IMG/VR virus record: IMGVR_UViG_3300045988_065514
DNA length: 53,806 nucleotides
From: a virus
Direction: 5' to 3' (one strand)
The translations under genes and the position numbers were made by a program. This document shows, piece after piece, positions 34,577-42,500 of this stretch. The first letter of the stretch is position 1; every line of letters begins with the position of its first letter. Below the pieces are notes generated by a model, which searched no databases, was not told the DNA's origin, and saw only the letters and a list, made by a program, of their open reading frames with translations.

Positions 34577-35025
34577 AACAGCAGTATGGTAACATCAGAA
34601 GAGTGTTCATGACAGAGCAGCCAGCGATTTATGACAAGCAGACTCGCATCGCATACATGGGCTTCCAGAAGGACTCGCAGGTACAGACAACCACCAACAG
34701 CGAGACCAGCACAAGCACATCATCCAAGGGCAGCAAGGCGAAGGATGAACAGACAACCATCGAAGGCTTCAGCGGTTTTGTTATTCAGACCGATGGCATC
34801 ATGGACTACGCCCACATCAAGAGCCAGCTCGTAGAGGCAGCGTTCCCACAGAAGGAAGAGCATGCCCTGGCATTCAACACCATCGATGCGCTGATGAAGA
34901 AGGTAGATGGCGAGGAGCTGACAGCAGAGGAGCAGGCAGACATTGCAAGTTACAAGGAATTCGCAGAATACCGCAACATTTGCGCAAACTGCGCCAAAGC
35001 AATCCTTAGTTCATTGAAAGATTAA
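34573..35025 (+). CDS. Hypothetical protein translationally coupled to the RT (150 aa)
   Basis: ATGA overlap with the RT stop. Ser/Thr-rich linker and a helical acidic C-terminal half. Confidence 0.55.
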   Translation: MKQQYGNIRRVFMTEQPAIYDKQTRIAYMGFQKDSQVQTTTNSETSTSTSSKGSKAKDEQTTIEGFSGFVIQTDGIMDYAHIKSQLVEAAFPQKEEHALAFNTIDALMKKVDGEELTAEEQADIASYKEFAEYRNICANCAKAILSSLKD

Positions 35026-35042
35026 TTAAATGGAGACCAATC

Positions 35043-37478
35043 ATGCAGAAAAAGCGAACATTCAAGGCAGCATTCACCTGTAGATGGGCTCCTTCAGACG
35101 GCAAGGACGGACAGAACGGAAATGACGGTGTCGGCATCAAAACTGCCGACGTCGTCTTCAAGCTGAGCACCAGCGACACACAGCAGCCAGACAATGCAGG
35201 CTGGGTCACCCTTTTCTCCCAATTGCAGCTGAAGGAGCGAACCTACGTATGGAGCTGCACCAGGATAGAACTGACCAACGGAACCACGACATATACAGGT
35301 AAGCAATGCCTAGGTTCAAGCAAGGACTTCGTAACAATCACCGAGCAATATGCCGTGGGCAACAGCCCAACCACAGCACCAACGAGCGGATGGGGAACCA
35401 CCTACATTCCAACCAAGGAGCTATGGTTGTGGACACGCAACAGGATGGAATGGAAGAACGGAACCTATACCTACAGCACGCCTTTGTGCGTTAGCTACTT
35501 TAGCAAGGACGGAAACCCTGGTAAGCCAGGTGCAGGAGGAGAGGACGGAAACGGCATCAGCTCACAGACAACATACTTCATCGCTACAGACAAGATGAAG
35601 GTCGCCTCCTATTCCTCCGTTACAGGCTGGAGCACCACCTTTCCAACGGCAACAGAACAGAAGCCATACGTATGGAAATGCGTGAAGACGACCTACACCA
35701 AGAGCGGAACAACCTACTCCACCCCAGAGCTTATAACGACTTACCACAGCGGAGACAATGCAAACATCATCGACAACGCAGCCTTCACCAGCGCAGACAA
35801 CATGACGGCATGGACACTCCAGAGCCAATACCAGGCATTAAGCGGAAAGGAGGAGCCAAGCGACAAGGGAGCAATTGACCCAACCAACAAGAAGGACAAC
35901 CGCAACTCCTACCATGACACCTGCAAGGCTACAGGAGCAACCATTACAATGAAGGAGGTGCTGCGGCAAGTCATCCATAAGCCAGGAACAATAAACAAGC
36001 TGGCAGCAGGGCAATGGTACACGTTCAGTTTTTGGGCGAAGGGAAGGCAAAAAGTTATCCCGATTAACGAGACAAGCAGCAGCTACGGATTTGCGGAAAG
36101 AAGCCTATACCTCGTCGCAGGAAGAACCTACAACATCACCATCGTGGGCAAATGCAGCCAGGATGCCGTAAACAATGGCAAGGAGCTACGAACATACATC
36201 TACAAAAGCGATTGGAGCGAAAGCGCATACACATCAACAGACTCCACCATCGTAACAGGCATACGGATGACCTTCACGCCTAAGACAACAGGCGAATACA
36301 AGCTGAATAGCTACATGTACAACCAAGACTACCCTCGAACAGGCACGGTCACGGTGTACCAATACGAGATAACAGACGGACTCGACCTCACCACCTACAT
36401 CTATCCGACAGCGGTGGACACGAACACCAAGATGATTGTGGACGGAACCGAGAAAACAGCAACGCCATCAGACCTGGGAGTTACGTGGGGACTAACAAGC
36501 GAATGGAAGAGGCATACGGTAACATTCAAGACCAAGGAATCAATGAACAGCGACGAACAGGCTGTCCTGTTCAGATTGCAGCCGACACCGAACGAAGAGG
36601 CATACCGAGAGGTATGGATCTGCATGCCGAAGCTGGAGAGCGGAATGTTCGCCACAGGCTTTGTGGACGGAATCGATGACCTGCGAGGAATACCTGGACT
36701 CATCGAGAGGACGAGTGAATGGGCTGCAGGTGTCGAGTTCCACAACGACGAGAACCTGACAGGAGGCATCCGATACCTTGACTTGGTGACCGTCACGAAC
36801 AACACGACAGGTAAATTCGAGCTTTACCAATGCAGGGTGACACATACGTCCACAGCAGCGAACGCACCGAGCGACAACAGCGCAGAATGGCTAAAGCTGA
36901 ATCAGATGCGACCAATCTACACGCCACTCATCGTGGCGAAGAATGCCGTCCTTCGCTTTTCGCAGACAAACCGAATCATCATCACCAACAGCAAAGACAA
37001 GGTTCAAGGCTGCTTCGGAGGTGTCGAGGATGAGACCAACGGCTACCCTTTATGGATTGGAGCGATTACTGCAGCAGACGCAAAGTTCAGAGTGAAGTAC
37101 GGAGGAGATTTGTACGCCAAGGATGCCAGCATCGAAGGTCGAATTACTATCGGAGAATTATACTACACAGAAGGAAAGACAGATAGCAATGGCATATACC
37201 GAGGATGCGTAATAAGAACAGGAATTTACAAGCTACCAAAACTTGCACAAGGCGAATACAAAGTCTTGAAGATCGTAAACATTATGATAACAAGACTTGG
37301 ATTAATTTTGGAATTAGAAGGAGAGGATGGTACCGTAGGATTTCTTGATGAAGGGAAAGAAAGAATAGATGAGGTACAAGCATCACTCAAATTAGATCCA
37401 CCATCCATAGGAGAAATTGTAGGCTTTGGTATAGGAAAAGGGTTAAAATATGAAACAATTTGGAAACTTAAATATTAA
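35043..37478 (+). CDS. Tail fibre / spike protein (811 aa)
   Basis: Short Gly-X-Y stretches (GKDGQNGNDGVG, DGNPGKPGAGGEDGNG), beta-rich. Located in the tail module. Confidence 0.55.
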   Translation: MQKKRTFKAAFTCRWAPSDGKDGQNGNDGVGIKTADVVFKLSTSDTQQPDNAGWVTLFSQLQLKERTYVWSCTRIELTNGTTTYTGKQCLGSSKDFVTITEQYAVGNSPTTAPTSGWGTTYIPTKELWLWTRNRMEWKNGTYTYSTPLCVSYFSKDGNPGKPGAGGEDGNGISSQTTYFIATDKMKVASYSSVTGWSTTFPTATEQKPYVWKCVKTTYTKSGTTYSTPELITTYHSGDNANIIDNAAFTSADNMTAWTLQSQYQALSGKEEPSDKGAIDPTNKKDNRNSYHDTCKATGATITMKEVLRQVIHKPGTINKLAAGQWYTFSFWAKGRQKVIPINETSSSYGFAERSLYLVAGRTYNITIVGKCSQDAVNNGKELRTYIYKSDWSESAYTSTDSTIVTGIRMTFTPKTTGEYKLNSYMYNQDYPRTGTVTVYQYEITDGLDLTTYIYPTAVDTNTKMIVDGTEKTATPSDLGVTWGLTSEWKRHTVTFKTKESMNSDEQAVLFRLQPTPNEEAYREVWICMPKLESGMFATGFVDGIDDLRGIPGLIERTSEWAAGVEFHNDENLTGGIRYLDLVTVTNNTTGKFELYQCRVTHTSTAANAPSDNSAEWLKLNQMRPIYTPLIVAKNAVLRFSQTNRIIITNSKDKVQGCFGGVEDETNGYPLWIGAITAADAKFRVKYGGDLYAKDASIEGRITIGELYYTEGKTDSNGIYRGCVIRTGIYKLPKLAQGEYKVLKIVNIMITRLGLILELEGEDGTVGFLDEGKERIDEVQASLKLDPPSIGEIVGFGIGKGLKYETIWKLKY

Positions 37479-37492
37479 AAAGGAGAACAGAT

Positions 37493-37780
37493 ATGAAAAT
37501 TAATTTTGAAAGAGTGGAGGTTTTCACGAACCTCGCAAAGACCAAGGCAGCGGTCATCGACATCAAGGAAGGATTCGCAGACGCAATCTACACCCAGGGA
37601 CAGGGCATCGCCTGCCACGCCCTAGCCATGAAGATTTACAACTCCCATGGGGAGGAGGAGTACAGCGACAAGGAAGCCGAGCTCATCAGCAGATGCTCCG
37701 AGCTTTGCACCCCAGCAGTGATGGACAGCATCCAAGCAGCCATCACAAAGGGCAGAGAGCAGAAGGAGGAGCAGGCATGA
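37493..37780 (+). CDS. Hypothetical protein (95 aa)
   Basis: ATG ORF preceded by aaaaggagaac. Confidence 0.45.
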   Translation: MKINFERVEVFTNLAKTKAAVIDIKEGFADAIYTQGQGIACHALAMKIYNSHGEEEYSDKEAELISRCSELCTPAVMDSIQAAITKGREQKEEQA

Positions 37781-38178
37781 GCGCAGAAATTCTTCAAGCA
37801 ATAGCGACCGCCCTCGTTACAATTTTGGGCTGCTTCATGTTCTACGACAGCAAGAAGCGAACCGAGGCTGCGAAGGCATCGCAGGAGGAAGCAAAGGCAA
37901 CCGCCCAATACGCAAGCGGATGGAAAGACCTCTGCGAGCGCAAGGACAGCGAACTGAAAGCCAAGGACGAGAAGATAGACAGCCTCTACGATGTCCTAAA
38001 CCAGCACCGAGCAAGCGAGGATAAGCTGAAGGATGAAAACATGGAGCTCCGTCTGCAACTCCAGGAGGCAAGCTGGAACAGATGCATCCGCAACGGATGC
38101 GAGCGGAGAAGCCCACCACGCAAGAGGGAACAGGAAGAGGAGAACTACAAAGACAGAACAGACGAAGAAGACGTATGA
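37777..38178 (+). CDS. Membrane-anchored coiled-coil protein (133 aa), possible lysis accessory / i-spanin-like
   Basis: ATGA overlap. N-terminal TM ILQAIATALVTILGCFMFY, then a charged coiled coil. Confidence 0.4.
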   Translation: MSAEILQAIATALVTILGCFMFYDSKKRTEAAKASQEEAKATAQYASGWKDLCERKDSELKAKDEKIDSLYDVLNQHRASEDKLKDENMELRLQLQEASWNRCIRNGCERRSPPRKREQEEENYKDRTDEEDV

Positions 38179-38444
38179 GACTTACAACATATTTAATGAA
38201 ACTCATCCAAACCAACAGCGGAGCATCCAGCAAGGCATTCTTTTTGGTAAGCGTGACCATCATCGGATGCCTCCTGCTGTTGACAATAGGATTCGTCCTG
38301 CTTTACGAGGTGCTCACCACGAACACCATCCACACCGACCTCATGGGCATTGCTGCAGTAATCGGTGCGATTGGCTCACTTTTCGCAACAGCAGGCATAA
38401 CAAAAGCATTCGGGGAGAGGAACGAGCCAACCTCCCCCAGGTAA
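38175..38444 (+). CDS. Putative holin (89 aa)
   Basis: ATGA overlap. Two hydrophobic helices (FFLVSVTIIGCLLLLTIGFVLLY; MGIAAVIGAIGSLFATAGI). Lies directly upstream of the endolysin. Confidence 0.5.
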   Translation: MRLTTYLMKLIQTNSGASSKAFFLVSVTIIGCLLLLTIGFVLLYEVLTTNTIHTDLMGIAAVIGAIGSLFATAGITKAFGERNEPTSPR

Positions 38445-38472
38445 CAAACAATCCAAAACGGAGGAATAAGCA

Positions 38473-39003
38473 ATGGCAGAAGTAGAGAAATTCGCACCTT
38501 TCGTCCTTAAATGGGAAGGAGGTGCCAAGTACACAAACAACAAGCACGACAGAGGTGGAGCAACCAAGTACGGAATCACCATCGCCACCTGGCGTACCGT
38601 AGGCTACGACAAGAACGGAGACGGCAAGATAGACGAAAAGGACGTGAAGCTCCTCGACGAGGAGGACTTCAAGATGGTGCTCAAGCGCAACTTCTGGGAC
38701 ACCTGGAAGGCAGACAAAATCAAAGACCAGAAGGTAGCAGAGAGCCTGGTCGATTGGGTCTGGAACAGCGGAAAATGGGGAATCATCAAGCCGCAGGAGC
38801 TCCTGGGAGTAAAGGCAGACGGCATTGTCGGAGCGAAGACCCTGGCAGCGGTCAACAACTACCCGAACCAACGCCAGCTCTTCGAGGCATTGAAGAACGC
38901 ACGAAAGGCGTACATCAACAAGCTGATAAAGAAAGACCCAAGCCAGATAGTCTTCAAGAAAGGCTGGCTCAACAGAATCAACGATTTAAAATATGAGGAT
39001 TAA
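38473..39003 (+). CDS. Endolysin, GH108-type muramidase with a peptidoglycan-binding domain (176 aa)
   Basis: FVLKWEGGAKYTNNKHDRGGATKYGIT matches the GH108 EGG...DxGGxTxxGI signature. The C-terminal half resembles PG_binding_3. Confidence 0.8.
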   Translation: MAEVEKFAPFVLKWEGGAKYTNNKHDRGGATKYGITIATWRTVGYDKNGDGKIDEKDVKLLDEEDFKMVLKRNFWDTWKADKIKDQKVAESLVDWVWNSGKWGIIKPQELLGVKADGIVGAKTLAAVNNYPNQRQLFEALKNARKAYINKLIKKDPSQIVFKKGWLNRINDLKYED

Positions 39004-39586
39004 CACCATGACGAAAGAACGAAAGACAAGCATCCTCGCCCTGATCATCATCTGCATTGCATGCCTTTTGGCAGGATGCGCAACGAAGAAAAAGGCAATG
39101 ACAGAGACGGCAACAGAGCAAGAGACAACGAAGGTGGAGCAAGTGAAGGACACCGCCATCACGGAAACCCACGACACAACCAGGATCACCCAGAAGCTGG
39201 TACCCGTTGAGATTGCGGTACCAGAAGCCAAGCTGGAGCGAACCACCAAGGACACCACGTCGGTGCTGGAGACAGACCTGTACAGATCCACCGCAACCTG
39301 GGCAAACGGAGTGTTGACACACACGCTGGAGGCAAAGCCAGGAGCGAAGCTGAAGGGACAGGTTACCGCCACGGACACCACCAAAGTCTCCAAAAAGAGC
39401 TCGTCAACGAAAAACACGAGGAACTCCTCTACGGATTCAAAGAACAGCCAGAAGGACACCCAGCAGGAAACCAAGACAACGCAGGCAAGCTGGAACATTT
39501 GGCTGGGAGCTGGTATAATAATAGGTATAGGAGCAACCATCGCCATCATTTGGATCTGGCGCAAGCGAAAGGAGCCGAAAAACTAG
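38993..39586 (+). CDS. Candidate unimolecular spanin: lipoprotein with a C-terminal TM (197 aa; alternative start 39008)
   Basis: LLAGC lipobox at the N-terminus, a Thr/Lys-rich middle, and a C-terminal TM WLGAGIIIGIGATIAIIWIW followed by RKRK. Confidence 0.5.
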   Translation: MRINTMTKERKTSILALIIICIACLLAGCATKKKAMTETATEQETTKVEQVKDTAITETHDTTRITQKLVPVEIAVPEAKLERTTKDTTSVLETDLYRSTATWANGVLTHTLEAKPGAKLKGQVTATDTTKVSKKSSSTKNTRNSSTDSKNSQKDTQQETKTTQASWNIWLGAGIIIGIGATIAIIWIWRKRKEPKN

Positions 39587-39591
39587 AAAGA

Positions 39592-39628
39592 GACCTCTTC
39601 ACCGACAAGGTGGAGGGGTCTTTTTTTT
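39592..39628 (+). terminator. Intrinsic terminator ending the late operon
   Basis: gacctcttcacc-gacaa-ggtggaggggtc is a 12-bp stem with two G-U pairs, followed by tttttttt. Confidence 0.7.
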
Positions 39629-39708
39629 GATAACTTTCTTTAGCTAAGTTGATGATTTTCTGTAACTTATAATAACTATAAAGTTATACAACTTTGCGAA
39701 AAATTGAT

Positions 39709-39716
39709 TATCTTTG
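39709..39716 (+). promoter_or_regulatory. -7 promoter box TATCTTTG
   Basis: Matches TAnnTTTG in an AT-rich 145-nt intergenic region. Confidence 0.45.
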
Positions 39717-39738
39717 CATCAGAAAAAGAAAAGGAAAC

Positions 39739-39757
39739 GACCCCCTAACCAAGGGTC
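39739..39757 (+). promoter_or_regulatory. Conserved 5'-UTR hairpin, copy a (loop contains CTAACCA)
   Basis: ggaaacGACCC-cctaaccaa-GGGTC, 16 nt before ATG 39774. Confidence 0.4.
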
Positions 39758-39773
39758 ATAAAATACAAAAATT

Positions 39774-40004
39774 ATGGCAAGAGCTACATATTACATTAAG
39801 GAACAGACAACTTGGAGAGACACCGAGAAAGAAGAAGTTAGAGAAGTTTTCAACTCTACAAGAAAAGCTGAAACCGAGCGATTCTTCAACAGACTCGAAA
39901 AGGGAAACAAGAACATCACCGACAGCAGAATGGGATACTTCAAAACTGAGGAGTTCACCATGGCTGGCAAGATGACAACAGAATACTGGATAGAGAAATA
40001 TTAA
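39774..40004 (+). CDS. Hypothetical protein (76 aa)
   Basis: First ORF of the accessory block. Confidence 0.5.
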   Translation: MARATYYIKEQTTWRDTEKEEVREVFNSTRKAETERFFNRLEKGNKNITDSRMGYFKTEEFTMAGKMTTEYWIEKY

Positions 40005-40013
40005 AGACAACCA

Positions 40014-40031
40014 GGGAGGCGCAAGCCTCCC
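40014..40031 (+). other. Hairpin gggaggc-gcaa-gcctccc (GNRA-type loop)
   Basis: 7-bp GC stem 10 nt after a stop codon. No T tract. Confidence 0.35.
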
Positions 40032-40071
40032 ACAACTTAAGCCCTACGGCAGCACGGTAAAGCCGCATTTT

Positions 40072-40323
40072 ATGACAAAGACAGGCGACGCTTTTATATA
40101 CAAGCACATGACAGGGATCATCGACAACATCATGGAAGGATACCCTGTAGTTCTTACAACCGAGGACGGCACAACCTTAACCATCACATACGAGGGAGAG
40201 GCAGCAGACAAGCCATTCAAGGTTACACTTAAGAAGAGAGCAACCCGAGTAAAGGCTTTCCTTTCAATTGAGACAATGGAATTCTACCTCGGCAGATTCA
40301 ACTACACAGACATTAAATTTTAA
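40072..40323 (+). CDS. Hypothetical protein (83 aa)
   Basis: ATG ORF. Confidence 0.5.
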   Translation: MTKTGDAFIYKHMTGIIDNIMEGYPVVLTTEDGTTLTITYEGEAADKPFKVTLKKRATRVKAFLSIETMEFYLGRFNYTDIKF

Positions 40324-40336
40324 GGAGGAACAAACA

Positions 40337-40567
40337 ATGAAAAAAGAATTAGCAGAAAACATCATAAGCCAGATAAAGAAAGACAAGGTTCAACAAGCAA
40401 CCATCACTCTCAAGAGCGGAAAGGAGATAGAGTTCAACCCAACAGACGATGACTGCAGATTGATGAAGCAACCAGACAGCATCTATTCAAGCAGCATCCT
40501 CATCATAGAAGGAGAAGGAGGTACGAGTTTTATCGAATGCGAGGAAATAGCAATGATTAATATTTAA
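40337..40567 (+). CDS. Hypothetical protein (76 aa)
   Basis: ATG preceded by taaggaggaacaaaca. Confidence 0.5.
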   Translation: MKKELAENIISQIKKDKVQQATITLKSGKEIEFNPTDDDCRLMKQPDSIYSSSILIIEGEGGTSFIECEEIAMINI

Positions 40568-40580
40568 GGAGGACAGCGAC

Positions 40581-40829
40581 ATGGAAACAGCAATTAGAAT
40601 CACAATAAGCCTTGGCGACGCAAGAGAAGGAATCAACAGAATCCTGGATAACCCATACTTCGAATGCCTTCAGCGTACAGCAACCAACCAATGGGAGAGC
40701 GAAAGATTCGACGATGAGGATGAGGACGAAGCAGACGACCTCTACGAACTGAAGGAGACCCTCACCCACACCCTGGCAGGGCTTGATTACGACATAGAGA
40801 ACATTACAGAGTTTGACATTGAATATTAA
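40581..40829 (+). CDS. Highly acidic small protein (82 aa)
   Basis: About 24 Asp/Glu versus 6 Arg/Lys by my count, including the run DDEDEDEADD. Confidence 0.5.
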   Translation: METAIRITISLGDAREGINRILDNPYFECLQRTATNQWESERFDDEDEDEADDLYELKETLTHTLAGLDYDIENITEFDIEY

Positions 40830-40855
40830 CATTTTAAAGATAGGAGACAAGAATC

Positions 40856-41242
40856 ATGATGAAACAAGAATTTGAGGAAAGAGCAAACTTCAAGGTTAGC
40901 CCAGAGTGCTACCACACATTCATAGAGCCAGGATACAACGCAAGCAACCTGGACAAAGACGAATGGGTGAAGGAGTGGAAGAAGAACGGAGGTGTTCAAG
41001 CTGCCTACGATTGGGAATGCGCAAAGCGAATCAAGGCAGAGAAGGCAGCCAAAGGAGCTGAAGGCGAAAAGACAAACATGGCGAAGGCACTCATCAAGAA
41101 GGCTGACCAATTCAACGACGAAGAGATGAACCGCATGGCGATCGTCATCATCGGAGAAAGAGATTACCTGGTTTATAAGCTAGAGAACCAGCTGAAGCTC
41201 ACAGAGGACGATAAGAAGCGAATCCTCGCCAACTTGAAGTAA
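40856..41242 (+). CDS. Hypothetical protein (128 aa)
   Basis: ATG ORF preceded by ataggagacaag. Confidence 0.5.
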   Translation: MMKQEFEERANFKVSPECYHTFIEPGYNASNLDKDEWVKEWKKNGGVQAAYDWECAKRIKAEKAAKGAEGEKTNMAKALIKKADQFNDEEMNRMAIVIIGERDYLVYKLENQLKLTEDDKKRILANLK

Positions 41243-41252
41243 GAAGGAAACA

Positions 41253-41271
41253 GGGGAGCCAACCACTCCCC
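41253..41271 (+). promoter_or_regulatory. Conserved intercistronic hairpin, copy b (loop CCAACCA)
   Basis: aggaaacaGGGGAG-ccaacca-CTCCCC, 17 nt before ATG 41289. Confidence 0.4.
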
Positions 41272-41288
41272 TACCAAAAGAAAAGGAA

Positions 41289-41528
41289 ATGGAAAAAGGT
41301 GCAACATTCAAGAAAAAGATAGGAAAAGCCACGATTATCGTGACGATTTTAGACGAGTTCCACTTCATGGGACAACGCAAGTACGCAACAATAAGAAACA
41401 TCTTCGACAAGGACGGAGATCTTGTCGCAAACGACCAAAAGGTCGAGTTTGGAGCTGACAGCTTCGACGAAGGAATAAAGAAAGGAAGATACAAGGAAAT
41501 CAAAAGCCACATGGCGATCATCGGATAA
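41289..41528 (+). CDS. Hypothetical protein (79 aa)
   Basis: ATG ORF. Confidence 0.5.
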   Translation: MEKGATFKKKIGKATIIVTILDEFHFMGQRKYATIRNIFDKDGDLVANDQKVEFGADSFDEGIKKGRYKEIKSHMAIIG

Positions 41529-41540
41529 AAAAGGGAACGA

Positions 41541-41557
41541 CTGGGCTAACCACCCAG
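41541..41557 (+). promoter_or_regulatory. Conserved intercistronic hairpin, copy c (loop CTAACCA)
   Basis: gggaacgaCTGGG-ctaacca-CCCAG, 18 nt before ATG 41576. Confidence 0.4.
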
Positions 41558-41575
41558 CCAAAACACAACAAGAAT

Positions 41576-41806
41576 ATGAATAAGAAAAGAAGAACGGCAT
41601 TAAACGAGCTCCTCACCAAGCTCGAAGAGATAAAGAACCAGGTAGAGGAGATCATGGATGAGGAGCAGACGGCACTAGAGAACCTGCCCGAAGCCTTCCA
41701 GGAAGGAGAAAAGGGCGACACGATGCAGGAAGCCATCGACAATTTGTCGAACGCAATGGACGCAATCGACGAAGCCACAGAATACATTAATGAAGCAACG
41801 AACTAG
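41576..41806 (+). CDS. Acidic helical small protein (76 aa)
   Basis: MNKKRRTALNELLTKLEEIKNQVEEIMDEEQTALENLPEAFQEGEKGD... Confidence 0.5.
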   Translation: MNKKRRTALNELLTKLEEIKNQVEEIMDEEQTALENLPEAFQEGEKGDTMQEAIDNLSNAMDAIDEATEYINEATN

Positions 41807-41822
41807 AAGAAAGGAGGACAAC

Positions 41823-42224
41823 ATGGCAAATTACATCCGTGAATGGAACAACATGGCAAGATGCTACAACCCATTCGGCTGCCCTTTCAAGGCAGCACAC
41901 CAGGGAACGACAGAGAGACGCTGCACCCTGGAGGAAGACTGCGTGAGCAAAGACAAGAAGGCTACGTACAACTACGTAAAAAAGAATGAAGGCTACGTAG
42001 TACTGAACGAGAAACAGAGAGCAGAGCAAGCAGCCAGCATGACAGGGCACGAGCTCGACCAGAAAATCGAGACAGCAAAGCAGCTCCTCAACCAGCTAGA
42101 AGAACTTGGAAAGGAGTTCGATTTGAAGGAGACTATCAAGGAGGTGCATAAATGCATCGACATCTACACCAAGGAGCGAGACCAACGCAAGGAGGCTGGC
42201 ACTTGGAAAGAATGGGGAGTTTAA
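41823..42224 (+). CDS. Hypothetical protein (133 aa)
   Basis: ATG preceded by aaaggaggacaac. MANYIREWNNMARCYNPFGCPF... Confidence 0.5.
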   Translation: MANYIREWNNMARCYNPFGCPFKAAHQGTTERRCTLEEDCVSKDKKATYNYVKKNEGYVVLNEKQRAEQAASMTGHELDQKIETAKQLLNQLEELGKEFDLKETIKEVHKCIDIYTKERDQRKEAGTWKEWGV

Positions 42225-42245
42225 TTTTTAAAAGGAGAACGCAAC

Positions 42246-42461
42246 ATGGCAGAACCAAGAAAATACAAGTCAAGCAAGCGAGGCGACGGACGCACCCAGA
42301 AGCGAATCGTGGTCGCCATAGACAGCGAGCTGGAGGATTGGCTGAACACCAAGCCAAACAAGAACCGCTACATTAACGAGCTGATACGACAAGACATGAC
42401 ACGCCACAAGGTGATTATTACGACGGCAGGAAAGCCAGAGATTAAAATAATCGAGCCTTGA
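42246..42461 (+). CDS. Ribbon-helix-helix DNA-binding protein (71 aa)
   Basis: KRIVVAIDSELEDWLNTKPNKNRYINELIRQDM fits the strand-helix-helix pattern of CopG/Arc-type proteins. Convergent with int. Confidence 0.5.
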   Translation: MAEPRKYKSSKRGDGRTQKRIVVAIDSELEDWLNTKPNKNRYINELIRQDMTRHKVIITTAGKPEIKIIEP

Positions 42462-42474
42462 CAGACAGGAGAAA

Positions 42475-42500
42475 GGGAGAATCCTACACAGGATCCTCCC
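42475..42500. terminator. Bidirectional hairpin between convergent genes
   Basis: gggagaatcct-acac-aggatcctccc is an 11-bp stem with 1 mismatch. Confidence 0.5.
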
